DNA from: Sarea resinae
Taxonomy: Eukaryota
Assembly (NCBI GenBank): GCA_026026165.1
Contig: JAPEUD010000020.1
Location: 248,001 to 312,000 of the forward strand
Direction: 5' to 3'
DNA: 64,000 bases
Shown: positions 11,612 to 23,457 of the stretch, piece after piece
Position numbering within the stretch: position 1 is the first letter of the stretch
How the letters are laid out: the number at the start of each line of letters is the position of its first letter
Position numbers and translations under genes: made by a program
The notes under the pieces: generated by a model
Seen by the model: the letters and a program-made list of their open reading frames with translations, nothing else
Database searches by the model: none
What the model was told of the DNA's origin: nothing

Positions 11612-12714
11612 TTACATCTTACTCCTGCCCTCGTGAGGCACCTTGACCACAACCTTTCCCCAAGTCTCTCTGCCCCCCAACGCCTTCAAGGCATCAGGCA
11701 CACTCTCCAGCCCAACAAACTCCCGATCCGTGAAACATGTGCCTCTGAATTTGCCACTTTCCATCAAGCCAAATAAGCCCTTCCACACCGCTTCCACAGC
11801 GGCGCTCTCCATTTTCGCATACATGCCCCAGTGCAAGCCCACAACACTGATATTCTTCAACAAGATCCGATTCATAGCCACCTTCTCTATCTCCCCCGCC
11901 GCGAAGCCAATCACTAGAATCCGCCCATTCCATGCCACGCATTTCATCGACGACGTCACCATGCCAACAGGGTCATATACGATATCGACGCCGCGTCCTC
12001 CAGGCGTCAGCCTCTTGACATCGTCCGTCCACTTATCGCCATCCCGGTAATTCACAACATGATCCGCTCCAAATGCCCTTGCGACCTCCATCTTGCGCGC
12101 GGACCCGGCCGTCGCTATCACCGTCGCCCCAAACGCCTTGGCAATCTGCACAGCCGCTAAGCCCACACCACCAGCTGCCGCATGCACCAGCACCCAGTCG
12201 CCTGCTTTGATGCCCGCGCGAACCACGAGACCCGCGTAGCTCGTCGGAGCTGTGACGAACAGGCCAGCTGCGGAGAAAGCATCCCAACCGCGAGGTACGG
12301 GTCGCAGGGACTCTTCTGGGGCGGCAATGAGGGTGGAGTAAGCGCCTTGCGCGGCGCCGAAGACAAGGTCCCCTGTAGAGTACTTGGGGGGCGAGGATGA
12401 AGATGAAGAGGGCGTTCGGATGACTTCGCCGGCGAATTCGAAGCCCGAGATCCAGGGGAGTGGAGGCTGGTTTTGGTATTTTCCCCGTATTTGAAGCAGG
12501 TCAAAGAAATTGGCGGCGGTGGCGTGGATAGCGATTAGATACTGTGTAGGAGATGGGGTGGGGTCGGGAAGCTCTGTCACTCGGAGGTCGGCGGGGCCCT
12601 ATTGTGATCATCAGTTGGTGTTGGTCTAGACCTAGGCATGCCTCATGCTGTTAGAGTAAAAGAACGATTTGGGGGCCATACTTTGACATATTGAGCGATC
12701 TGGATGCCACGCAT
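11612..12714 (-). CDS. NADPH:quinone oxidoreductase (zeta-crystallin-like MDR family); exons 12714-12682 and 12598-11612
   Basis: MRGIQIAQYVK|GPADLRVTELPDP; ANFFDLLQIRGKYQ; VLVHAAAGGVGLAAVQ nucleotide-binding motif; ends -SKM. Confidence 0.92.
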
Positions 12715-13610
12715 AGTTGCTGGCTACTGGTTGGGTGTGTGTTGCAAGTCCACGGTCTCTCTTCTCTTCAACTGTCTTCTCACCAACTATTGAGTCGTGG
12801 GACAAGCTGGGCAATTACGAATGCGCCTTACAGACACGGCCCTCAGGACGATGATTGAAGAAGAGAAGGCCGGGAATCGATCAGGATCATTAAGAGTCCC
12901 AGCTCCTCCCTACCCTCTACGTAGTAGATGCTATCAGATTGCGGGGGAGCTTCCTCGTGAGGTGCCTCGGCTTGTCTCATCGCCTAATCGCCTAATCGGC
13001 CACTCAAGATAGTTGTTCAGACACTCAAATGTTCAGATGTTCGTCTCGCTTCCATGGCCATCGATGTCATCTTTCTTCCCTCTCCCCTCTACTCTACTCA
13101 TAGTACTACTGAGACAGACAGCCCAGCGTAACCATAGCCGTACTCATCCTGGATCGTGGTGTGCAAGAACAGCGTAAGAAGATCGTATGCGGCGCATAGT
13201 GTCTAGAGATGATATAGAATACCGGCTTCTTGTTATTGTTTTTGTTCTTATCAGTCTTGTTTCAATTGCCGTCTGATCTGTCTCTGCACAGCAATATTAG
13301 TGGCATCCATGTACTCTACCTACGCTTCTCTGCCCGCCCTCCTTATGTGGTAGCCGAACGGCGCATACGCAGCGTCATTCGACCAGAACGTGCGCTGCTT
13401 GCTTGCTCCGTAAAATACATCATCATCAATCTCGCTGCACCATCCAACATCCGACATCACCTATTCAAGCCGTACGCCGCTGTCGACATCTCACTCAACT
13501 CCGCTTCCAGGCCATCCTTTATCGTCCTCCTCAGACGCATCGTCTCATCTGAGCCCTCACTCATATCGGATTGGAGACGGCCATCATCTCATCCCCACCC
13601 CTCTGTCAAT

Positions 13611-15126
13611 ATGGAGAACGAGCCTGTTTCGACCGAGGAGGCTCCCGTTACTTTCAACGTCAAGTCATCCAGTGATGCGAAATACGTCCTGACCCTACCC
13701 CTCACCACAACCGTTGGGGACCTCAAAAGCAAGCTTTCCACGTCAGAATACGCTGATATACCCGCCGAGCGTCAACGCCTAATCTACTCGGGCCGCGTGC
13801 TGAAAGATAATGACACTTTGGGCAACTGTAAGATCAAAGATGGGAACACTGTGCACCTAGTCAAGGGGGCAGCGAGCAATCAACGGCAGAATCCCGCAAA
13901 TCAAGGTGGCGCTGCCAGCACGGCAGCCCCCGGGACCCCGAGCTCGGGGGCCGCTGGTGTACCAACCAACCTGGCCGCCGGAACGGGAAACAACCCATTG
14001 GCAGGCCTGACCGGCGCACGATATGCCGGGCATGTCCAGCTACCTGGGGCCGGAATGTTTGGGCCGGATGGAGGGGTCAGTCCAATGAAAACCTCTTCCT
14101 AGTCATGTCTTCGCATAGCTAACCTTTCTCTAGATGGGACCGCCGCCGGCTCCTGAAGATATGCTCCGTGCCTTGGAGAATCCAATGTTCGCCAGTACGA
14201 TGAATGAAGCCCTCCAAAATCCTGAGCTCATCGATATGATGATCCAGCAAAATCCCATGTTGCGCAGCATTCCAGGCGTTCGTCAGATGATGAGCTCCCC
14301 TGAGTTTCGCCGCATGATGACCGACCCAGACACCATCCGCCAAATGAGTCAGATGAGGCAATCCATGGGCGGTATGGGCGGTTCGGGCGGCCAAGACTCT
14401 TTTCCGATGCCCGGCGTTACAGACACCACGCCCGGCCAGACTCGTGAAGGCGGTGGTAGTACCGGCACACCGAATCAGGCCAACCCCTTTGCCATGGGCA
14501 TGGGCCCCAACCCCTTCGCCGCTCTTTTTCCTCACGGCCAAGCCGGGACCCCTCGCGCATCTCCTCCCGCCACCTCAACGGGCCAAGCAACGCCCGCGCA
14601 GGCTGGCACGCCAGGCGCGCCAGAAGGCACAAACCCGCCGCCCAACCCGTTCGCTTCGTTTCTGCCGCCGCAGAGCCAAGACCCAAATAACGCCCAAGCG
14701 CCGCCCCAAAATCCCTTTTCCAACCCTCTTGTCTCCAGCATGCTCCAAAATCCCGAAGCCATGCGAAATATGATGCAAATGCTAGGTGGCGGCCCCGGCA
14801 ATCCAGATCCAAACAACCCTCAACAGGGACAGCAGCAATCTCCCCTCGGCAATCCCTTCTCCAGCCTACTCTCGAATCCCGAAGCTATGCAAAACATGAT
14901 GCAGATGATGGGTGGCGGTGGCGTGGGTGGCAATCCCTTCGGCTTCCCCGCTGCTGGATCCCCCCCTCCCGCCCCAGCAGACACGCGACCGCCAGAGGAG
15001 CGCTACGAGAGCCAGCTGAGACAATTGAATGATATGGGATTCTACGAATTTGAGAGGAACGTCGAAGCGCTGAGACGTAGTGGAGGGAGTGTGCAGGGTG
15101 CGGTTGAGTATCTGCTTACGCATTAA
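13611..15126 (+). CDS. DSK2: Ubiquilin/Dsk2 (UBL-STI1-UBA); intron 14076-14133
   Basis: UBL ERQRLIYSGRVLKD...TVHLVK; M/P/N-rich STI1 repeats; UBA PPEERYESQLRQLNDMGFYEFERNVEALRRSGGSVQGAVEYLL. Confidence 0.95.
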
Positions 15127-16016
15127 TGGCATGATCGGGCATGGTTGTGCTCTTGCTCAAGGCACCTGTCAGATGGGAAGTAGACGATAGTGAAATAACG
15201 GGGCCGCATGAGGAGTTGCTCATGTCCGGCTATGGTTTATGTCTGATGACCCATGGCTCTTGGCTAAAGACTCGAAGTCGGGCATTTCTGATTCTGAGGC
15301 TTGGCCGAGGCTGATGATAATGCTTGCGGAATTCGAGCAGACTAATGGCGCACTTCGTTTCGCAATTCACATGAAACCGAATGCACACCTTTTCGCTGTA
15401 TTGAAGTTTTGGCCACCGCGTTGTAAGATATCACTGGTGACTGGTGTTCAAATGAAATCATTATGCTGTGCATGTCTTTCGATTCTTGCACTTGATTGTC
15501 TTGATTGTCCGAGAAAAGTACTTTGTAGGCTACCACCTGATTGCATGGTGAGAAATGTACCGACCAGTACGGCGATTTCCTTCAAGGCTTACTCGTACTA
15601 CGACATACGGAGTAGTAGGAGCTGGACATGCCATCTGGGGAGGGCAATTTCGTGCATGAGCGGCACAGAGTCGAAGGCCAAAGTTGCAATCATCACCGGT
15701 CCCCTCTATAAAAACCCTCCAGCCCGGTGTCTTGCGAAGGCGGAGATGCTCGTGATACCTCCCTTCCCACGGACATGCTCACAATGGATAGTTCCAGGTT
15801 CACCAATGGCGTCACATCTCCAATCCAACTCACCGACGAGTACCCATGCCGTCATTTACGCGTCTTCGCATTCACGCCCTTCCCCGATCTGAGACCCCCG
15901 ACGGCTTCAATGCATTGTCAGACTTATCGTCGTAGCTAACGCAGCAACATCCATTGTTACCGCCTGTCTGAATATTCTCAAACACCCTCGAACGCATCCT
16001 TTCACGCCAAGGCATC

Positions 16017-17270
16017 ATGACCATGGTCCGTCGGAGCTCACGAGTGGCCGCTGTTGTTGCCTCACCGATCGCTTCCCCTGTCAAGACGGAGCCACGGTCT
16101 ACGAACGTCAAGAGGGAAGCCCCTTCAGGTGATGAAGACGAGGCAGAAGGCGGGTCGCGCTTAGATGTCGACGACGACGACGCCTCTGCCGCCGCGCCCC
16201 TGCCGATGCCCAGCTTCAACGGCCAGCTTCAACGTTACGCCTACGCCGATGCGAACACGAACTGTTCTCCGCCGAAAAGATCACGATCCGGGACCAGAGC
16301 GTCTGAGACAAGATCACAGTCGTCTCCTTCCAAGCGCCGCAAGCTCGAGAACCCTTCCACCTCACCCACTGGTGCCACTCCCGAGCCACCCCCCTCGAAC
16401 CCTCCCGCCACGCCCAAGTCGGAGATGAAGAAGAAAAAGCGCGCGTCAAGCCGGTACGCGCCCCCGAGCACGTACGCACACCTCCCGCCCCTCGTCGACG
16501 TCCTGGCGCCGAACCTCATCTGCGTCTTCATCGGCGTCAACCCGGGGATCCGCACCGCCGTCACGGGCCACGCGTACTCGCACCCGTCGAACCTCTTCTG
16601 GAAACTGCTGCACTCGTCGGGCATCACGCCGCGCCGCTTCCTGGCCACCGAGGACCGCTCGCTCCCGCGCCTCTGCGGCCTGGGGAATACCAACATCGTC
16701 AGTCGGCCCACCAAGGACCAGGCCGAGCTGTCGCGGGCCGAGATGGTCGCTTCGGTCGGCGTGCTCGAGGCCAAGATCAAGGCGTGCAGGCCCGAGGCCG
16801 TTTGCATTGTGGGCAAGGCCATCTGGGAGAGCGTCTGGAGGGCGCGTTTTGGGCGGGCCATGAAGAAAGACGAATTCCGCTGGGGCTGGCAGGATGAGGA
16901 GCTGAACATGGGTGCGAAGTGGGCGCCCCAAGGGGAAGAAGAGGCCGCTGCTGTTGGTGCTCTCGGGGACGACGAGAACGTCGCTGTCGAAGGTAACGGT
17001 AGTGGTGCTGATGATGGGCCGGAAGCGAAAAGCCAAGTAGTGCATGACAGCAAGGAGAAGACCGGTCACGAGCTCTCTAACATCTCGACTTCCTTGATCC
17101 CGGGGGTCGCAAACTCCCCGTACCCTGGTGCCCGCATCTTTGTGGCAACCAGTACGAGCGGCTTAGCCGCGCACCTGCGTCCCAAGGAAAAAGAGGAAAT
17201 TTGGGCCCCCTTGGGCGAATGGGTACGACGGCGGCGGAGGGAGCGAGGGGAATGGCTGGGTGAAGTTTAA
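16017..17270 (+). CDS. G/U(T) mismatch-specific DNA glycosylase (TDG/Mug family, Thp1-like)
   Basis: Catalytic motif VFIGVNPG...GHAYSHPSNLFWKLLH; GLGNTNIVSRPT; FVATSTSGLAA; basic NLS-like N-terminus. Confidence 0.92.
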   Translation: MTMVRRSSRVAAVVASPIASPVKTEPRSTNVKREAPSGDEDEAEGGSRLDVDDDDASAAAPLPMPSFNGQLQRYAYADANTNCSPPKRSRSGTRASETRSQSSPSKRRKLENPSTSPTGATPEPPPSNPPATPKSEMKKKKRASSRYAPPSTYAHLPPLVDVLAPNLICVFIGVNPGIRTAVTGHAYSHPSNLFWKLLHSSGITPRRFLATEDRSLPRLCGLGNTNIVSRPTKDQAELSRAEMVASVGVLEAKIKACRPEAVCIVGKAIWESVWRARFGRAMKKDEFRWGWQDEELNMGAKWAPQGEEEAAAVGALGDDENVAVEGNGSGADDGPEAKSQVVHDSKEKTGHELSNISTSLIPGVANSPYPGARIFVATSTSGLAAHLRPKEKEEIWAPLGEWVRRRRRERGEWLGEV

Positions 17271-17779
17271 GAAGCGCCACGCTTTCAAAGTGGGGATGAT
17301 GCCATTGCAGGGCGATCGGGCGTGAATGAAGGAAGCATAGGATAGCATAGCTGCAGAAGATCGATAGAGATGAATATGAACGACATGGACGACAGGCACT
17401 GAGAGCATGGGTAATGTGATGGATGGGTTACGATTCGAACGAGCTGCTATTCTTCATCTGGGACTCTTAAGCTTGGGTGTATCATGTTCATGCATGGCAC
17501 TATGAATACCGGGATCTGACTTCAGAGACATAACAGTCCAGACGAAACGCCGCCCCCAAATGAAGCAGATAAAAAAGAGGGGATTTTCCTCTTTTTGCCC
17601 CACGTCCCAAGATATCTCACAGTAAACAAAACCGAGGAAAACCCCCAAACACCTCCCGCCTGCTAAAATTCAGACCCAAATAATAAGAAATTTCCCACAA
17701 AGCCTGCCATCAAATGTCATAAAGATCCTCGTCGAAATGAATCAAGACGCAAGAGAAAGGAGTCGGGAGAGTACATCTC

Positions 17780-19681
17780 TCAGAAATGCTCCTTCCAGAA
17801 CTTGAAGCGGATCCTCTCGGTCGTCGCGCCGCGGCACGCCTTGCGGACCTCGCGAGCCACGACGTTGGGCCCGCAGAAGTAGACTCCGATCCGGGTGCGC
17901 CGGCTGGCGTCGGAGTCGGCGACCAAGCCGCCGATGTAGCTCTGATCGACGATGCCGTTGCGCAGCGCGACGAACAGCTTGGCGAAGTCGGGCCGGCCGA
18001 AGTTGGTGCGGCTGCGCAGCTCGGTCAGCGGGTCCTTGGCCGTGCCGACCGAGTTCAGCACGATGTTCTGCGTCGTGTCGATGTCGAGCTTGGCCGTCAG
18101 GTAGGTGTGGATGCGGAGGAAGTCGCCGTGGTCTTGGGCCTCGAGCGAGGCCAGCAGCGCTTGGAACCATTCGAACGAGGTAATGTCCCGACAGATCCAG
18201 TAGAGTTCGACGCGGCGCAGACGAGCGGGCCGGTGGGGCGAATTATGCAGGTGCCAGATGTCTTTGAGGATGCTGGCCCACGGCGTGATGCCGATGCCTG
18301 TTCCTATTAGGATGGCGATTTCGTTGTTGAATACCTGCCATGTTGTTAGGAGGTCCACGATAGAGAGAAGCAGGGACAAAGGGAGGAGGGAAAATTCAAA
18401 GACACATAGAGGGCACTTACGCCTTCAGCGGGAGCACCATAAGGGCCGTCGATACGGATGCTCGGCATTTCTTGGCGGTTTTGCAGAGCGATCTCGTACA
18501 TGCCCATGGGGTCCATCTCGTCGTAGAGTTTGGACTGAGCGATGCCTGCACCGACAGCGTCGCATACCGCGCTTGTCCAGTCGCCGACCGAGCGGATGTG
18601 GATAGAGATTGCTGGGTCGTGCGGACACGACGTGATGGTGTAGGGATGCCATTGTGTCAGTGATATAGATGGTACGTTGATGTAAAGCCATTGCCCAGGT
18701 TTGTATCTCATCGATGGCTTGCGGAACTGTATCTCCGCGACGTCTGTTCATGGCGAGTGTTAGGGAATTCAATCCATGGTCATATCGAAGGGGATAGTCT
18801 CACTGAAGGGATGTCGGATAACCTTTACGATCTCGGCCTCTCGTACTCGATTGATCTCGCGGTACAGCCTGTCACCCAGATACAACGCAGCGCCTACCAG
18901 CTCCCACCTCCAGCCTTCGTATCCAAGACAATGATTCCAGAAGTCTTTTCCTGCAAACGGCGAATAAGGCTGAGCAGTGTCACGGACAAAACAGCCGGTG
19001 GCATGCGTGTACAAGGCAAGCATGAACGGAACGAAGAGATGGTGCGTATACCAGAATGCCTCATAACATTGCACGCGGATCTTTGCGTGAGCTGTGGTGT
19101 ACATGAGCAGCATGCAGAGGAGCATGATATGGCCGGTAATGCCAGCAGCTTCGGTGTAATGTATCTGGACCGCTGCCACCGGCCGGATCTGGGTTCTTTC
19201 AACATTGAAGAAGCTATTGGGACTGGTCAGCTTGGAGAATCCTAGAACTGAGGGAAACATACTTAACGTAGTGACCGCACGTATGCACAATCGTCCAGAA
19301 CAGCATCGAGTAAGCGATATGTCGATGGAACCAGGCAAATTCGTCCAGCGGTAGCCATCTGAGGCGCGGCTGTATCATCCTCAAGATGTTTCTGCACATT
19401 GGGAGCAGGATCAAGGTTCCATCGACTGTCAGCACGAGGCCAGCCCCTCTCGAGATCCAGACCGAGAAGGTCAATTCGTTGAGACCGGCCAGCTTCTTAT
19501 TACTAGCTTGCTTCCACCTGTGACGCCGTTAGCCTTCGCACATCGTACGCATTGAACCCAATGCCTACCATCCGATCACGAAGAACATGACGTGAATCCC
19601 ATGGAACCAGCTGTAGAACAGCAACTTCGACGACCTCAGCTCCCTGCGCCATGACGAACTTTTCCGTGGCTGTATGGCCAT
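17780..19681 (-). CDS. noxA: NADPH oxidase catalytic subunit NoxA/Nox1 (gp91phox homologue), multi-exon
   Basis: No N-terminal extension (unlike NoxB). Heme histidines in WFHRHIAYSMLFWTIVH and FWYTHHLFVPFMLALYTH; FAD motif QWHPYTITS; NADPH motifs GTGIGITP and YFCGP; ends FWKEHF. Confidence 0.95.
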
Positions 19682-22600
19682 GATGGACTATGGATGATGA
19701 TGAGGAGGTCGACAGAAGTCGCGGGGAACACGGCTAGAGAGCGGAAGTAACGTCTTCAATGCCCCTCTCACTGAAGTTTCAAGACCAAGAGGTCGCCAAA
19801 AGGATCGCCCCAGTAGGATGACAGAGGAGCTTCCTGGAATGCGCCGCGACAACAGACTGGCATCGAATGGCGCAGCCCGACCGTATTGCCTGAGCTAGCT
19901 GAAAGGTTGCCGCACTGCTTTCTGGGTTGATAAATGCACGGTCGATCGTCCTTGGCCGCCTCAACGGTGTAATGAAATGCCTCCTGCAGCTAGAGAGATT
20001 CGACGACCATGCAGTAAGCAGCAAGCAGCACGCGACCGAAGCTCAACCGGGAAATAGGCACGATTGCAGGGCGCCAAATTCAGCACATGGCGCTGGACAA
20101 TCCAAGGGCGGGCTTGATCAGATTATGCTGCGATGGTGATTCACGGCTAAGGGCGGTCCACGCATGCAGTATCAAATAGGACCTCTGTGCAGCAGTATCC
20201 GGGGAAGATGTTCCGACCCGAACGGGATCTAAGGTAGGCAACTGGACCACTGCTTGGGCTCAAATCGTAGTTGCGAGACAGTAGTGATGCAACTTGTTCA
20301 CGGAAATGAGGACGAAGGGCTATGCTCGTACGACGAGATTGAAGCCGCGTCTACTGGCGCCGAGCTTGAGAACTGAGAGCCAGTGTGGGCTAAGCGCCTG
20401 AAGATATCGGTGTAGGTAGGTAGGTACCTTGCGAATCGTGGCAAGGCTGATGATTAGTGTATCATTCATTCAGCAAGCAAGATGCCACTAAGCTATGATG
20501 CAGCGGTAGACAGAGGGGGGCCGGCGTCAATGGGGTAGAGCGGGGAGCTAGACAGGCTTTGCACGCGAGAGAGATGCGCGGCGATGGTCCACGGAGCAGG
20601 TAGCGATGGCATGAGAAAAGGAAGAGGAAGAAGAAGGAGATGAAACATTCGACAACATCATATCAACGTGAGAGGTGTCGGGGTCGTCACTGACATCGCA
20701 TCCAATGTACTCCAGAGTATGATGGATGACCCGGCCATTGAGAGATCAGAAGCAGCGGGTGCTAATGCGAGTACTGTGAACCATCACGACCAAGGTGGAG
20801 GGAGCATATCCGAGCGCCGTCGAGGGCCTACGAGGGCCTACGAGGCCTAAGAGAGCTCTAGCCGTTGATACTCGACGTAGTATGTAGTAGTCTCGAGTCC
20901 AAGCCAAGGGCCAGACCGCGTTGAGGTCGAGCTTTGTCGTGCATCGGACCCTGACAGCGACCGGCGTGGGCGTGGGCGGGAGGGCGGCAGCCAATTGCAG
21001 GCGCGCTCGAAGCGCTCAAGTAACGGAGGTCGGGGCCAAGGTGTGCGCCAAGCTGGAGGTGTCCACGGGTGTGCCAACGTCGGTTCGAACAAGCGAGGCG
21101 AGGCTCCTCGACGTCGACCACATCCCGTCCAGCTCTCTCAAGCGAACTTGACCTCGATCCATCGATGCCCTTTCAGCCACTGATTCTCCCTTCTCTCTTG
21201 CTTTCCGACACGTACGGAGTAGTACGAAGGAGAGGGGCGACCCCTCGACTTGGCGTGGCCAACTCGAAGTACCATAAGGTGGTCTGCTCGAGAGGAGAGG
21301 TACCATGTAGGCCGACGACGAGTACCTCGTTGGAACGTGGAACGTGGAGCGGCTATGAAGTACTACGTAGTACTGCATACTCACTGGTCCGGACACGGGC
21401 AGTCTGCTCTGTTGCTCGTCCTGTGCTTCGGACTCCATCTATATATGATCTGGACGAGCACGTTTTGCCTATGGCACGTCTCCCAACGACCATCTCGCCC
21501 AGACGTCCCACACATCTGGTGTGCCTCCGATACAGAAGATACCTTCGATCGATCCATCCGTCCCGCTGCGCCTCTGCGGCGTTGCAGTCCCCAAGAAGTT
21601 AAAGAGCCTGGCGACGACGGGACGGGGTACATGGTACACGGTTTCCCTCGACCATGGCACGACGAATGGCACCCCGTCCAGGATCGCCATGCAGGATGGG
21701 AGATATTCTGCAGGGCCCCTGACTCGTCGTGTTTACTTTGTACGGGACGTGCTCAATCCGGTATTGAGTACTGAGTCTTCTGGCCCCTGTCCCCAGCCCC
21801 TTGCCCCTGTTGCCGTGTTGTAGCCACACCAAGCCAAAAGTCCTGCAAGTGCCTGCAAGTGCCTGCCAGTTGCTCCAAGTCGCTGCCAGTTGCTGCATGC
21901 CCTCGCCGAATCAGACGTGCTCACGGGCCACATCGCCATCGTCTCTGATGCAGCTTCGCACCCGCTAGTCACGAACCCTCCACCGACCGCCCGAGTGGCC
22001 CTCACCATGGCCGTGTCTTCCAATGACAAGCACGGTCGATGCGCGGGGCGGTGGTGTCGAGCATTGCGGTTCAATTCTGCATCCCTTCGACTCTTCATCT
22101 GCCACCGGGGGGCCTGCACGACCGTGATGGGCGCCTTGATTGGGCCCTTGTCCGGGATACATAGCTGTGTCTCTGTCTGCTCGGCGCCCGCGATGCCCTG
22201 CACTGTACTGTCTGTAATCACTTGATTCGAATGAGACTAACAATACGACGCCCAGAGCATCTGAGTTTCCCCATGGAAGCCCAGCCCTTGGCACGAAGCA
22301 TCGCGCATCCGGAAGTATTCCGGCGTAGACCCTTGATGCGCCCGTGGCTTTGGCTTTGGACTTCTCGCTCTCGACATCTATTCATAACCCATCCGAGGCT
22401 GGCTGGACGCAGCTCTCTCAACCATCGTGATTTCGCCGAGTCTGACGCCCTCTTCTCTGGCTGGTCGGTTCGAGCTCTCACATTCTGGAATTCTGTGCCG
22501 TGCCGAGATTGATCTTCGATCCATTTGTCTCTGGGATCTCGCTCGCAATACCCTCATTCATTTCTGACCTCTTCTTCCCGTGCCGTGCGGTATCGCCAGA

Positions 22601-22884
22601 CTGCGTAGTTTTGTCATCTGCGGTCAGCGACTGCAATTTCATCGCCGAGCACCAGACATCCTCTCTCCCCCGTTTCGCTGTTAGCTACGATACCAGATGC
22701 TCGCGGCGCATCTGAAATGCCGTGGCATCCGAATCATCACGACCACTACAAATAAAAACATCACCTCACGTCGTTTCTCGAGATTGATATCCGCTTGCTG
22801 GGTCGCAGACCACAGCGGGGGGAGAGAGAGAGAACACCTATCTGCTCCGCCTCCTGGCGAGGCAGCACATAGCAATCTTCATCC

Positions 22885-23414
22885 ATGGGCAAACTCATCA
22901 AAAACCACCTGGCAAGACTCGTCGTCCTGACCGCTGCAGCCTGTAGGCTCTCCCGCCCCGTTCACTCCGATATCATACTCCCGGTCTCGCTCTCATCTCC
23001 CTGGCATTCGACTAACGAAGACCAACAGATCAATTCCTTGCCGGCCTCCACGGCATCTTTTGGCCCAAAATCCTCTTCGACTGGCTAACTACTACTCTGA
23101 ACGGGGCCGTCAAACCTGTCCCGATCCTCCAAATCATCAACATCATACTCGCCCTCTTCACTCTCGCTCTCGAATGGCCCGTGAGACCCATCGCCGGCAC
23201 CAAGCTCCACTCCTCGACCGAGTTCAGATTGCTGGTCGTACTACCTGTGGATGCCATAGCGGCGGTATTGCTGTATCAGGGAACTAACGCGGCGCTGTAT
23301 TATGTGATTGGCATGACGGTCTACTTCTGGGGCTTCTGCGAGGGCGAGAGCATATGTGCCGTACCATGGACGTTACCAAGGCGAGGAAAACCGAAGATCA
23401 AGAATGGAGTTTGA
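22885..23414 (+). CDS. noxD: NoxD/Pro41/HAM-6 (fungal p22phox homologue); intron 22943-23028
   Basis: MGKLIKNHLARLVVLTAAAY|QFLAGLHGIFWPKILFDWLT...VKPVPILQIIN...ALEWP...YQGTNAALYY...EGESICAVPWTLP matches the Pro41/NoxD family pattern. Confidence 0.9.
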
Positions 23415-23457
23415 AAGGGGAAGGTTTCCGAGATTTCATTTGCATCATTAGCGCCCG

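Noticed and set aside
13230..13610. 127-codon in-frame upstream extension of Dsk2 from a TTG
   Set aside because: No ATG, the composition looks like promoter/5' UTR, and the UBL domain starts right after ATG 13611.
15239..15892. 217-aa ORF between DSK2 and the glycosylase
   Set aside because: No recognisable motif, atypical Cys/Trp-rich composition, and it overlaps expected UTR/promoter space.
16241..18310. Long antisense or alternate-frame ORFs over the TDG and noxA genes
   Set aside because: Expected shadows of very high GC3 codon usage.
20668..22715. Many 60-177-aa ORFs between noxA and noxD
   Set aside because: Mutually overlapping on both strands, Arg/Ser/Pro-rich, with no domain or coherent splice pattern.
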